Source: an uncultured cyanobacterium (GTDB taxonomy: Bacteria > Cyanobacteriota > Cyanobacteriia > Cyanobacteriales > CAWUOF01). Taken from it: a DNA stretch of 64,000 bases. The stretch is from assembly GCA_963744145.1 (NCBI GenBank), contig CAVUSO010000001.1, positions 1,024,001 through 1,088,000 of the forward strand, written 5' to 3'. Shown piece after piece: positions 13,162 to 23,258 of this stretch. Both the position numbers and the translations under genes were made by a program. Under the pieces are notes generated by a model that had not been told where the DNA came from, did no database searches, and worked only from the letters and a program-made list of their open reading frames with translations. The stretch's first letter is position 1, and each line of letters starts with the position of its first letter.

Positions 13162-14517
13162 TTAAAAAGGTAGATCGTCATATTCATTTTCTTGCGACTC
13201 AGTGGTAGCTGATGCTAATGGTTGGGTCGCGATCGCTGCTTGATTTTGCTCTGGTTCTCTTTTAGTGATTAAACTCCATCGGGTAGTTGCTTCGACTTGT
13301 GGTGCTATTTTCCCGATCGCATTTCCTAATTTTTCTTGAATTTCTTTAGTCAAAGTCACGGGAAATTTTAACTCTATTCTTTTGGATAGGGTTAATTCCG
13401 CTAATTGGGAAAACTTTACTTTTAAGCTGGGGGAATTAGCTAGTTTAAAATTAGGCGAATTTTCTAAATCTTGGACTTGCATTGCTTTTTTTACGCGCTC
13501 TTTTAAATAAGTAAATTCTGTGTCTAGTAATTTCCATTGAGACTCAATTTCTTGATAGCGTTCATTTAGCTGACTTAAGTCTTCAGGTATCAAAATATAG
13601 TGATTTTTTCGAGGTGATTTTTGCCGATTTTGCACAGTTAATCTCCAAGTTGGGATTTCAGCAATTTCTAAGCTCGGATCATTGATAAATCGTCCTAATT
13701 GTTTTTGAATGTCTTTAGTCAGAGTAATCCAAAAATCTAATTCTATCCCCTCTGTATAGGTTAACTGAGCAAGTTGGGAAAAATCTACTTTCAAACTGAC
13801 AGAACTAGATAAGTGAAAATGGTTGTATTTTTCTAGCTCTTGTGTTTGCATTATTTCTTTAATTTTTTCTTTTATCTGACTTATTTCTACATCTAGTGGT
13901 TGCCATTCAGATTCGATTTTTTGGTATTTTTCTGTTAATAATGTTAAATCTTCCGTGACTGGATCAAAGCTAATCTGCTCAGTTAATTTTCGTAAAAGCT
14001 GATCTACTTGAACTAGATATATTACATCCATTTTGGCATATTGTAGCTGTTTGTCGGTCAGCAGACGTTGCCCCCAATTTCCGGTCTGTTCACTTTTATC
14101 TACGGATAGATTACAAAGACTTTTGACTAATGTTTTTAGTTGATAATTAGGTACGGGCAGAAGGTAATAAGGAATATTCTTAGCCATTTCTAAGGTACAG
14201 GTGACATTTTTAGCTTGATCATCTCCTAAAAATTTTAGGTCATATTTAGCATTATGAAAAACTTTCTCAATCCGGGAATTGACCATAATCTGGCTAATAA
14301 AAAATTGGCTCAATTCTGGTTGATCTAAAACGTCAAAAATATAAACGCGATCGCCAGTTAAATCTCGGTAATCAGCCGTAACCTGAATTAAAGATAATTG
14401 GGGATTTTCAGTATTAAAGTCTGCTATTTCTGTATCTACCCACAGGGTTTTGGCAGAAGCAAGTTTAGCAATTTGTCCTCGAATCTGACTGGATACTGTT
14501 AAATAAGGCATGGGCAA
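13162..14517 (-). CDS. RNase D-like 3'-5' exonuclease with a duplicated C-terminal domain and acidic DDLPF tail
   Basis: DEDDy motifs VDTE, FHNAKYD, YAKMD; two homologous ~115-aa C-terminal units. Confidence 0.8.
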   Translation of the reverse strand: MPMPYLTVSSQIRGQIAKLASAKTLWVDTEIADFNTENPQLSLIQVTADYRDLTGDRVYIFDVLDQPELSQFFISQIMVNSRIEKVFHNAKYDLKFLGDDQAKNVTCTLEMAKNIPYYLLPVPNYQLKTLVKSLCNLSVDKSEQTGNWGQRLLTDKQLQYAKMDVIYLVQVDQLLRKLTEQISFDPVTEDLTLLTEKYQKIESEWQPLDVEISQIKEKIKEIMQTQELEKYNHFHLSSSVSLKVDFSQLAQLTYTEGIELDFWITLTKDIQKQLGRFINDPSLEIAEIPTWRLTVQNRQKSPRKNHYILIPEDLSQLNERYQEIESQWKLLDTEFTYLKERVKKAMQVQDLENSPNFKLANSPSLKVKFSQLAELTLSKRIELKFPVTLTKEIQEKLGNAIGKIAPQVEATTRWSLITKREPEQNQAAIATQPLASATTESQENEYDDLPF

Positions 14518-14827
14518 AGTCTCTTAATTATTAGAAGAATAAGTGCATATTTTGATGCTATCTAAGATGATTTTAACATAAATTTTAAGTAAACTTAAGA
14601 AAAATGGACATTGATGCTGTCTGATGCTCACCTATTGTCATCCAGTTTAGCGATCGGATAAAATAGTTCTAATCGACAACGGGCTCAATAGGCTGAAGTT
14701 AAAACGGTAAGACTAGCAGAACGTTGACGATCGCTGGACTCCTGCTCAAGAACTGTCCAACCCTGGGAGAAAAATTAATGATCAGGATCAATATACTTCT
14801 AGTTTTCCATCGATAAATGGAGTAAAT

Positions 14828-15412
14828 ATGACATCAAAACAAGAGCTGCAAAATACTTTAAAAGAAAAGTATGGTATTAATAAAAACATCAGTCAAAGCC
14901 TAAGTCAAGAGGAGTGTGAAAGATTGTTATTTATTCTGAGTACAGAACCGAGTGCTATCAAAATCGTCGATTCCTTTGTCGATAAAAATTCGAGTTTAGG
15001 TAAAAATAATGCTCTCTTTGGTAAAATGCGTAATCAAGCTGAGAAAAAGTTAGAAACTTTAAAATCTGAATATTATGAATTAGAACAGACTATTCAAGGT
15101 ATAGAAACTGATAAACTAGCCCTTGAAGAGAAAAAGAAACAATTAGAACAAGAGCGATTTAAGCTTGAATCGGAAGTAAAGGGTTTAGCTACGGAAATCA
15201 CTACTTTAGAAACTAAAGTCAAAAAATTAAACTATGAAAATACTGAATTATTCGGAGCTAATCAACAGCTACAAAAAGACAACAAAGATTTAAAAAACTT
15301 AGTTGATCGGATCAGACTTCAATTGGCACAAAACACTAAACAACTTTTACAGTATGAGGATAGTGAAATTAGGAAAGCTTTAGTTAAGTTATTCAAATGG
15401 ACATTAGGTTGA
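14828..15412 (+). CDS. Coiled-coil hypothetical protein
   Basis: Long heptad-rich E/K/L/Q region; GGAG RBS; first gene of a 3-gene operon. Confidence 0.7.
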   Translation: MTSKQELQNTLKEKYGINKNISQSLSQEECERLLFILSTEPSAIKIVDSFVDKNSSLGKNNALFGKMRNQAEKKLETLKSEYYELEQTIQGIETDKLALEEKKKQLEQERFKLESEVKGLATEITTLETKVKKLNYENTELFGANQQLQKDNKDLKNLVDRIRLQLAQNTKQLLQYEDSEIRKALVKLFKWTLG

Positions 15413-15423
15413 GAAATTGAGAA

Positions 15424-15810
15424 ATGTCAAGCAAAAAAAAGCAACCAATCAAGTTTAAGGGTATGAGTTACCGTCAAGTTCAGCGATTTAACTCGAATAA
15501 TAAGAAGCATCTAGAACCGGAAGATAAAAAATGGCTAAAAGATAACTTTTATAAAAATATAGGATGGCAAAATGTGATTAATCTGTACCAGAAAATTGAG
15601 GAATTTTTAGATAAGTATAAATTTGCCGATTTTACTCTCGAAGAGTTATTTTTAGAAGCAGATAGAATTGGTAATAAATATCTTACTCAGGAGGAAATCG
15701 CACAATATAATCAACAACTGTCACAAATAGTTAGTGAAATTTCTGAAGAAATTGATCAACAATTTCCCGATACAGAAATCGAAATTATCGATTTTGGTAA
15801 ACAAAAGTAA
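15424..15810 (+). CDS. Hypothetical protein
   Basis: 128-aa ORF 11 nt downstream of the previous gene. Confidence 0.7.
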   Translation: MSSKKKQPIKFKGMSYRQVQRFNSNNKKHLEPEDKKWLKDNFYKNIGWQNVINLYQKIEEFLDKYKFADFTLEELFLEADRIGNKYLTQEEIAQYNQQLSQIVSEISEEIDQQFPDTEIEIIDFGKQK

Positions 15811-15825
15811 AATTCAAGTTAATCA

Positions 15826-16296
15826 TTGGCAGAAATTATGGAAATTGAAAATAACCCTCTAGAAGAACTATTTATTCAAGCTGATCAAATTGGTAAAAAA
15901 CGTTATCATCGGCTAACTACAAAAGATTTTGAGAATTATCGAAAATTTGAATTTTGGCGATATATTAATGGTGATAGTGAATGTGGAACAACTCAAGCAA
16001 GTAAGGATTGGGTAAAGGATAATTCTGAGTGGTACTGTCCGATTTGTGGTGAAAAATATTCCCATAGGTTAGGTAAAACAATTGATCATAAATTACCCCG
16101 ATCTCAATATCCCTGGCTCTCTATGGATTTTAATAATTTATGGGTTATTTGCCAAATCTGCAATCAAGAAAAGTCTGATATGCACTGGTATGAATATGAA
16201 CATTATATGTTTACTAAGCATCCTGAATTATACTTAGATGTAAAAGCGATGCGTCCGATTCAATTGCTCAAGTCCCTCAAACAATCATCTAGCTAA
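15826..16296 (+). CDS. HNH endonuclease
   Basis: CPICG...TIDHKLPRS...NNLWVICQICNQEK. Confidence 0.85.
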   Translation: MAEIMEIENNPLEELFIQADQIGKKRYHRLTTKDFENYRKFEFWRYINGDSECGTTQASKDWVKDNSEWYCPICGEKYSHRLGKTIDHKLPRSQYPWLSMDFNNLWVICQICNQEKSDMHWYEYEHYMFTKHPELYLDVKAMRPIQLLKSLKQSSS

Positions 16297-16318
16297 TTGA
16301 TCGCGATCGCTCAGGATT

Positions 16319-16522
16319 CAATACGGTTCGTTTAAGGATATTTTGGGAGATATCGACGAATAAGGGTGAAGCATTCGGATCTAATATTACTCCCCTTCGA
16401 CTCCGCCCTTCGACCCCTTCGACTACGCTCAGGGCAAGGCTCAGGGTAAACTCAGGGTGAAGTTTGAGCTGATAAATTATCGCTAAACATGCTTCACCCC
16501 TACAATTAACCGAACCGTATTG
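16319..16522. mobile_element. MITE-like element with 17-bp terminal inverted repeats
   Basis: CAATACGGTTCGTTTAA (16319-16335) and TTAACCGAACCGTATTG (16506-16522), 1 mismatch; inner IR GGGTGAAGCAT/ATGCTTCACCC; internal CCCTTCGAC and CTCAGGG repeats; homologous copy at 40417-40646. Confidence 0.8.
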
Positions 16523-16559
16523 GCTCAGAATTAATCTTGATGTTGATTAAAATTAAGCC

Positions 16560-16597
16560 AAAAAAAAAACACCCCCCTGAAAGGAGAGTGCTTTTTA
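16560..16597 (-). terminator. Rho-independent terminator of psbA
   Basis: Minus strand: GCACTCTCC-TTTCA-GGGGGGTGT followed by a long U tract, just after the psbA stop. Confidence 0.8.
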
Positions 16598-16609
16598 TTA
16601 GCTAAGAAA

Positions 16610-17707
<1,098 letters not shown>

Positions 17708-17757
17708 TTATTTATTTTTCAAGGTACTCGGTAGCTTTGTTTTCTACCTTAATTACT

Positions 17758-17786
17758 ATATTAACTGATTTGTTTCGGTTTGTAAA
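17758..17786 (-). promoter_or_regulatory. Sigma70-type psbA promoter
   Basis: -35 TTTACA (17786-17781), 17-nt spacer, -10 TAATAT (17763-17758). Confidence 0.7.
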
Positions 17787-17912
17787 GCTTTTTCACAATT
17801 TCTTTATTTTTGTCTGATTCAAGGAGATTTGAACGGAGGAGCGATCGCGCTTAACTCTTACTATGCTTAGGTTTTGAGTTAAATCGCGATCGCCTTAACA
17901 TTTAACAATAGT

Positions 17913-18263
17913 TCAACCTGGAGGCCATTTCATTGGCCGTCCGCCTAAAATATGTAAATGTAAATGGTAGACAGTTTGTCCGGCATCTGGGCCATTATTA
18001 ATCACAATCCGATAACCATCCTTTAACCCAGCTTGTTCGGCAACTCGTTTAGCGGTTAAAAGCAAATGTCCCATCAGTGCATGATCTTTTGATTCAGCAT
18101 CAGCGAGTTTAGCAATGGGTTGTTTGGGAATGACCAGGATATGAACAGGAGCTTGAGGGTGAACATCTTTGAAAGCTAGGGCTAAATTATCTTCATAAAC
18201 AATATCCGCAGGAATCTCGCGACGGATAATTTTACTGAAGAGGGTGTCTGTAGTTTCACTCAT
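17913..18263 (-). CDS. Histidine triad (HIT) nucleotide-binding protein
   Basis: FSKIIRREIPA, HPQAPVHILVIPK, HLHLHILGGR..WPPG. Confidence 0.95.
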   Translation of the reverse strand: MSETTDTLFSKIIRREIPADIVYEDNLALAFKDVHPQAPVHILVIPKQPIAKLADAESKDHALMGHLLLTAKRVAEQAGLKDGYRIVINNGPDAGQTVYHLHLHILGGRPMKWPPG

Positions 18264-18306
18264 GTTAGGATTGGTAGTACTTATTTCTAGAGATCAATGC
18301 AAAATC

Positions 18307-20316
18307 TTATTCTGCAACGTTAAGGTTAACAATTAAACCATAAGTTGAGACATAATTTTCCAACTCTTTAATATCCACCGTACCATTATGATCAGAATCA
18401 AGAATCTTGAACAGATAATCAGTAATATACATTCTCATCTGTTCCGAACTGCGTTCTCCTGTGGTCATATCCTCAACCAGACCAAGTAGCTCCATAATCT
18501 CAGATTTATCCAGAGTTTTATTACCATCCTGATCCAATTGCTCAAACAGCTTTTTCACATCTTCGGTGGAAACTTTGGAAGAACGGAGTGTTTCCCTCAA
18601 TAGATTGTTATTAAATGAATTTAGCAGCAAGAGCTGTTCTAGGACAGGAATACAGAAAAACCCCACTGAAGCCCAATAAATTCCATACTGGAGAGCTGCG
18701 ATCGTGGAGTTGTCAAGATTAGCACTAGCTCCAGTAAATAAAGCAGCCCAAAGGAAAAAATTGGGATTAACTAGAAGTATATAAATATCTTGTGCTTCTG
18801 CTTTATTAACAAGATAAGGCTCAGAAAATTTAGCGGTTAATGCCGCCAATCCACGCATTAAAACGAAGGTAAGTATCCCAAAACCTAGCTGTTGCAGACA
18901 GTAGAAAGACTTAGTAGTATCAACCGGAACAGCAATATCAGAAATTAAAGTTACAGGAGCAAATTGAAAACCTGTTACTAATGCCATTAATCCTACTGAC
19001 AGGACTCCGATAAATTTCCATTCCTTACTATAGCGATTAGAATCAACCGGAGACTGGGAGCGCCACCATTGGGCCGCAGTTCCTGGTAGAGCTAACCCCA
19101 GGATCAGAATCACAAAGAAAAAGTTCAGATTGCCACTATTAATTGGTAACTGGGCTAGTGCAAAGGTCAATACTAAAGCGATCGGCGCAATGATTGACAA
19201 TAATCGTGATAAAACAGCCGCAGGATAAAGATTTCCACCCCAAAGGATGGATAAAATTGGCGAAGTTAGGGCTGGTGGCACCATCCAAAACATTAGCCAT
19301 AAGATGTTATCAAGATCGCTGGTATTTTGATATATCACTCCAGAAAATATTAGTAATAGACCGATCGCCCATCGGACTAGCATCCAAGCATAGACCACAT
19401 ACTGAACAGTTCGAGACAATTTCTGTTTGCTCGCCGCAAAGTCTATATCTAAATAGGTGTAAAATGTGGAGATGCCAAGACAGAGAACGATTATTCCTCC
19501 AAACAACATTCTCGGAATCCCATCTGTAATTCCAGTACCTATTTTTAGTAAACTGCCCACCAAGAAAGCAGTAGCATAAAGAAAAATCGCCCACATGGTG
19601 GCAAGATCGTTAATTTTTTTCCGTACTGCTGCAAAACCCTTTGATTCACTGTGTCGAAACTTGACTAATTCTTCTCGACTAAGAGCTTTACCATTAGGAA
19701 GTTTCAGAGGATGGTAAGCACTAGGAGGGAGATGACTTAAATAAATTGCTAAAGGTTCTAATACATATTGATGACATACCACTAGAACATTTTCGCCCCG
19801 CTTTAAGTGAGGGACTACTCGCTCTTGATAGAAATCCGCAGCACGTTTATATACTTGGCCGATTTTTTCCCCAGTGGGAGGTGCTTCGTTGTGAGAATGC
19901 AACATTTCCTCGAATCCTTCGTAACCAAGTGCTAGACGGAGAAGGTTTAGGTTACGACCGACAAAAATACCAAAAGAACGCTCACTAATTCGATGGTCAA
20001 TTTGCACAGGAATATCAGGAGAATTGAGTGCTTGACTGACTTCAAGGGCAATTTCACAGGTTTGTCTTGCCCTTCTCATGTGCGATACATATACAGCGTC
20101 AAACTTTATCCCTTTTTTCTGTAAGTCAAGTCCTGCACGACGTGCTTGTAGTTTACCAAAGGCTGTCAAGCCCACATCAATTATACCCGCAAAAATATTG
20201 CGTTCGTTGCTGGTACTTTCGCCATGACGAATAAAATATACTTGTCCTGGACAAGATTCTTGTTCTGCTACTTGGGCGTGATCTAAAGATAAATTGAGTG
20301 CTGCTATTTCTTCCAT
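18307..20316 (-). CDS. Histidine phosphatase (PGM-like) + multi-TM transporter-like domain + EF-hand pair fusion
   Basis: FIRHGES and ISERSFG; about 9-10 hydrophobic segments; EF-hands DQDGNKTLDKSE and DSDHNGTVDIKE. Confidence 0.8.
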   Translation of the reverse strand: MEEIAALNLSLDHAQVAEQESCPGQVYFIRHGESTSNERNIFAGIIDVGLTAFGKLQARRAGLDLQKKGIKFDAVYVSHMRRARQTCEIALEVSQALNSPDIPVQIDHRISERSFGIFVGRNLNLLRLALGYEGFEEMLHSHNEAPPTGEKIGQVYKRAADFYQERVVPHLKRGENVLVVCHQYVLEPLAIYLSHLPPSAYHPLKLPNGKALSREELVKFRHSESKGFAAVRKKINDLATMWAIFLYATAFLVGSLLKIGTGITDGIPRMLFGGIIVLCLGISTFYTYLDIDFAASKQKLSRTVQYVVYAWMLVRWAIGLLLIFSGVIYQNTSDLDNILWLMFWMVPPALTSPILSILWGGNLYPAAVLSRLLSIIAPIALVLTFALAQLPINSGNLNFFFVILILGLALPGTAAQWWRSQSPVDSNRYSKEWKFIGVLSVGLMALVTGFQFAPVTLISDIAVPVDTTKSFYCLQQLGFGILTFVLMRGLAALTAKFSEPYLVNKAEAQDIYILLVNPNFFLWAALFTGASANLDNSTIAALQYGIYWASVGFFCIPVLEQLLLLNSFNNNLLRETLRSSKVSTEDVKKLFEQLDQDGNKTLDKSEIMELLGLVEDMTTGERSSEQMRMYITDYLFKILDSDHNGTVDIKELENYVSTYGLIVNLNVAE

Positions 20317-20446
20317 GGTGTTATCTCTTAAGAAGGATCTTGAGATGATCTACCTTATTATTTAAAGCCGTTAAGAATCTTTCTTTATTAATAAGGTAAG
20401 CACTGAATTTAGCTGTTCTCAATTGGTAATAGCTTGAGTGGCATAA

Positions 20447-21760
20447 TCAGATTATATTTACAATCTGATCAAAAGGAAGATTCCAAGTCTGCATCACACG
20501 ACCAATTAAATACTTTTCCAGCCAAGGTGTGTTAACAGAACGACTATGCAGATTGTTAAGATTAACTTTCCACTTAATTTGAGGATTAAAAAGAGTTAAT
20601 TCAGCGGGTTGTCCTACAGCGATCGCTGCTGGAGTTTGTTTCAGACATAAAGCAGGTTGGGTGCTTAAAACTTGCCACAATTGGAGGGCTGACCATCGAT
20701 TAGTTTCGACTAAAAAATGCCAGAGTAGGGGTAAAGCTAACTCCAGACCAATTACTCCTGGTGGTGCAGAGGAAAAAGCGACGGTTTTTTCTTCATAAGT
20801 ATAAGGAGTATGATCAATGGCGATCGCATCAATAATTCCGGCTTTCAAACCATTAATTAATGCGGCTTGATCGTCCGGATTGCCCAGGGGAGGATCGAGA
20901 CGTAAAGCAGGATTATAACTAGCTAAATCTTCACTATTAAATAATAAGTGCATCCAAGTTGTACTAGCAGTGATTGGTAAACCCCGATTTTTAGCGGATT
21001 GAATCAGTTCGACTCCCCGAGCTGTAGAAATTCGCATCAAATGAACTGGAGTACCAATCACCGCGATACATTCTAACAAAGCAGCTAAAGCAGCAGTTTC
21101 GGCGATCGCTGGATTACCACTTAAACCAAACCTAATTGATGCAGCACCTTCGCGCATGACTCCGGGTCCAACTAACTGGCGATCGCATGGCCATATAGCC
21201 ACGGGTTGGCCCAAAGGTGCTACATATTCTAGGAGCCGACGTAACAGTCCTAGATCAGCTAGAGGTTGACCATCTGTAAAACCGACCACACCAGCAGCAG
21301 CCAATTCCGTCAATTCCGTCATTTGCTGACCAGCTAAATCCAGGGTGAGAGCGCCCCAAAAGTAAATCTGGGGAGCAGCAGCAGCGAAAATTTGTCTAGC
21401 AGCAGTGTTACTTTGTTGTTTCAGCCAGGATAACATGGCCGGCGAATCGAGCGGTGGTTTGGTATCCGGTAAAATAGCTAATCGAGTAAATCCACCATGG
21501 ATAGCAGAAAGCATGAGGGAGGCTAAAGTTTCGCGTTCTTCAAATCCCGGTTCACCAGAATGACTATAGAGATCCACCAATCCTGGTCCTAAAATTAAAC
21601 CCTGACAATCTTGTCGTTGGGTATCAACTGGAACATCAGCAATCTGGGAAGCGATCGCCTGAATTCTGCCCTCAGCAATTAAGACATCAGCAATTTGGTC
21701 GGTTTGCGAAACTGGGTCTAACACCCTTACTTGTTGAAGTAACCAACAACCACTAGCCAC
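20447..21760 (-). CDS. pyrC: Dihydroorotase-like amidohydrolase (cyanobacterial PyrC-like)
   Basis: PGLVDLYSHSGEPG.E.RET, GGFT, AIAIDHTP, GLELALP, SVNTP. The metal motif HxH reads YxH, so it may be the non-catalytic form. Confidence 0.8.
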   Translation of the reverse strand: MASGCWLLQQVRVLDPVSQTDQIADVLIAEGRIQAIASQIADVPVDTQRQDCQGLILGPGLVDLYSHSGEPGFEERETLASLMLSAIHGGFTRLAILPDTKPPLDSPAMLSWLKQQSNTAARQIFAAAAPQIYFWGALTLDLAGQQMTELTELAAAGVVGFTDGQPLADLGLLRRLLEYVAPLGQPVAIWPCDRQLVGPGVMREGAASIRFGLSGNPAIAETAALAALLECIAVIGTPVHLMRISTARGVELIQSAKNRGLPITASTTWMHLLFNSEDLASYNPALRLDPPLGNPDDQAALINGLKAGIIDAIAIDHTPYTYEEKTVAFSSAPPGVIGLELALPLLWHFLVETNRWSALQLWQVLSTQPALCLKQTPAAIAVGQPAELTLFNPQIKWKVNLNNLHSRSVNTPWLEKYLIGRVMQTWNLPFDQIVNII

Positions 21761-21771
21761 GATTTATCACC

Positions 21772-23115
21772 TTACAAAGCTCCAGCAGCCGTTTGATCGA
21801 GAATACCTCCGCTCAAATGAGTGGTGATATTCATCGCTTCGAGTACGGGTGGACCATCCAACCCGCGCGGATAATCAATCACAGTTACCGCACCATTACC
21901 TTGCTTAAAGTTCCAAAAATGTTCTGGACTTAAATCAAACAAATGACAGAGAATAGCTTTATTGATGGCATCGTGACCAACCACCAATCCAATGGAAGGA
22001 GATTGATTACCCGCACTAGCAACTACAGAACGCCATGCAGCGATCGCCCGTTCCCATACTTGTTGTAAATTTTCTCCTTCGGGCATTTGCACAGATGCTG
22101 GAGTAGTTTTCCATTGCTGTAATTGACCGGGAAAATCCTGTTCAATTTCGGTTTCAAACTTTCCTTCCCAGAGTCCATGACTAATTTCTCGCAACTGATC
22201 ATCCAGTTTTAATTCTACCTGTGGATGAGGATGAAGAATCAATTCAGCCGTTTCCTTGGGACGTAACATGGAGCTACTGACCGCAAAATCAATGGGAATA
22301 TCTTTCAGAAATACACTGGCTTGGCGAGATTGTTCTTTGCCTTTATCATTAAGAGGAACATCAATTTGACCTTGGAACCGACCTTGGCGATTCCATTCCG
22401 TTTCCCCATGACGTACCAATAACAACCTAGGACCGCGATGACCTTCCCTGGGTTTGGGAAATATTTCTCCGAGATGGTTAGTAATATTCATCGACTCCAA
22501 TTGCACCCCATCACCCCAACCACCTGCAAAATTCAGGATACTAATCCCACAGTTTGACTGCTGGATCGAATGATAAAAAGCTGGAGAAATTCCTAGGGCA
22601 GTGCTAATTAAAGCTCGATTAATCCCATTATGAGCCACAATCATAATGGTGCCATTGACATGACGAGACAACAGCTCTTGCCAAAATTGCTGGGCTTGGG
22701 CAAATAAAGCTAAAACGGGGAAGTGTTCTTTTGGTCCATCTTTTCCGGGTAATAACATCCGAAATTCCTGGGGTTGATCTTTCCAACAGCGATATTCATC
22801 AGGAAATTTCTGCTTGACTTCCTCTTTGACCAAAGTTTCCCATAGGGGCAGATCGATTTCCATCAGTAGATCTGTCACCTGGAGTTTGGGTGGATTTTCT
22901 AAACAGGATAAGATGACTTCTGCTGTGCTTTTTGCCCTCGTCAATGGGCTGGAATAGACTAGATCAAAATTAATTCCTTTGATAGCATCGGCAACCAGAG
23001 TTGCGGTATGACGACCTAATTCTGTCAAAATAGACTGATCAAGACGACCTTGGATACGATGCTCGATATTAAAACTACTTTGACCGTGACGCACGATAAT
23101 AACTCGAGTGGTCAG
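21772..23115 (-). CDS. Tandem (double) histidine phosphatase family protein
   Basis: Two RHG domains (VRHGQS, VRHGET). Start extended to an in-frame CTG at 23115, which has GGAGG 8 nt upstream. Confidence 0.88.
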   Translation of the reverse strand: MTTRVIIVRHGQSSFNIEHRIQGRLDQSILTELGRHTATLVADAIKGINFDLVYSSPLTRAKSTAEVILSCLENPPKLQVTDLLMEIDLPLWETLVKEEVKQKFPDEYRCWKDQPQEFRMLLPGKDGPKEHFPVLALFAQAQQFWQELLSRHVNGTIMIVAHNGINRALISTALGISPAFYHSIQQSNCGISILNFAGGWGDGVQLESMNITNHLGEIFPKPREGHRGPRLLLVRHGETEWNRQGRFQGQIDVPLNDKGKEQSRQASVFLKDIPIDFAVSSSMLRPKETAELILHPHPQVELKLDDQLREISHGLWEGKFETEIEQDFPGQLQQWKTTPASVQMPEGENLQQVWERAIAAWRSVVASAGNQSPSIGLVVGHDAINKAILCHLFDLSPEHFWNFKQGNGAVTVIDYPRGLDGPPVLEAMNITTHLSGGILDQTAAGAL

Positions 23116-23258
23116 GGTGGTATCCTCCCATTTAATTTTGATGGTGCTAGTAAATGTCCAGAGAAACCTGGAGCCGTTAAAAATATCATCAGCATTTTAG
23201 CCTGCTTTGTCTTTTATGATTTGACTAGCGCAAGAAACTTTTTTTACTGATATAACCT

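Noticed and set aside
16395-16460. tRNA-like TTCGACTCC motifs (also 40520-40570)
   Set aside because: No cloverleaf or acceptor stem; they are internal repeats of the MITE.
20447-21760. Loss of the metal-binding His in the dihydroorotase as a novelty
   Set aside because: Non-catalytic PyrC-like proteins are already known; not specific to this locus.
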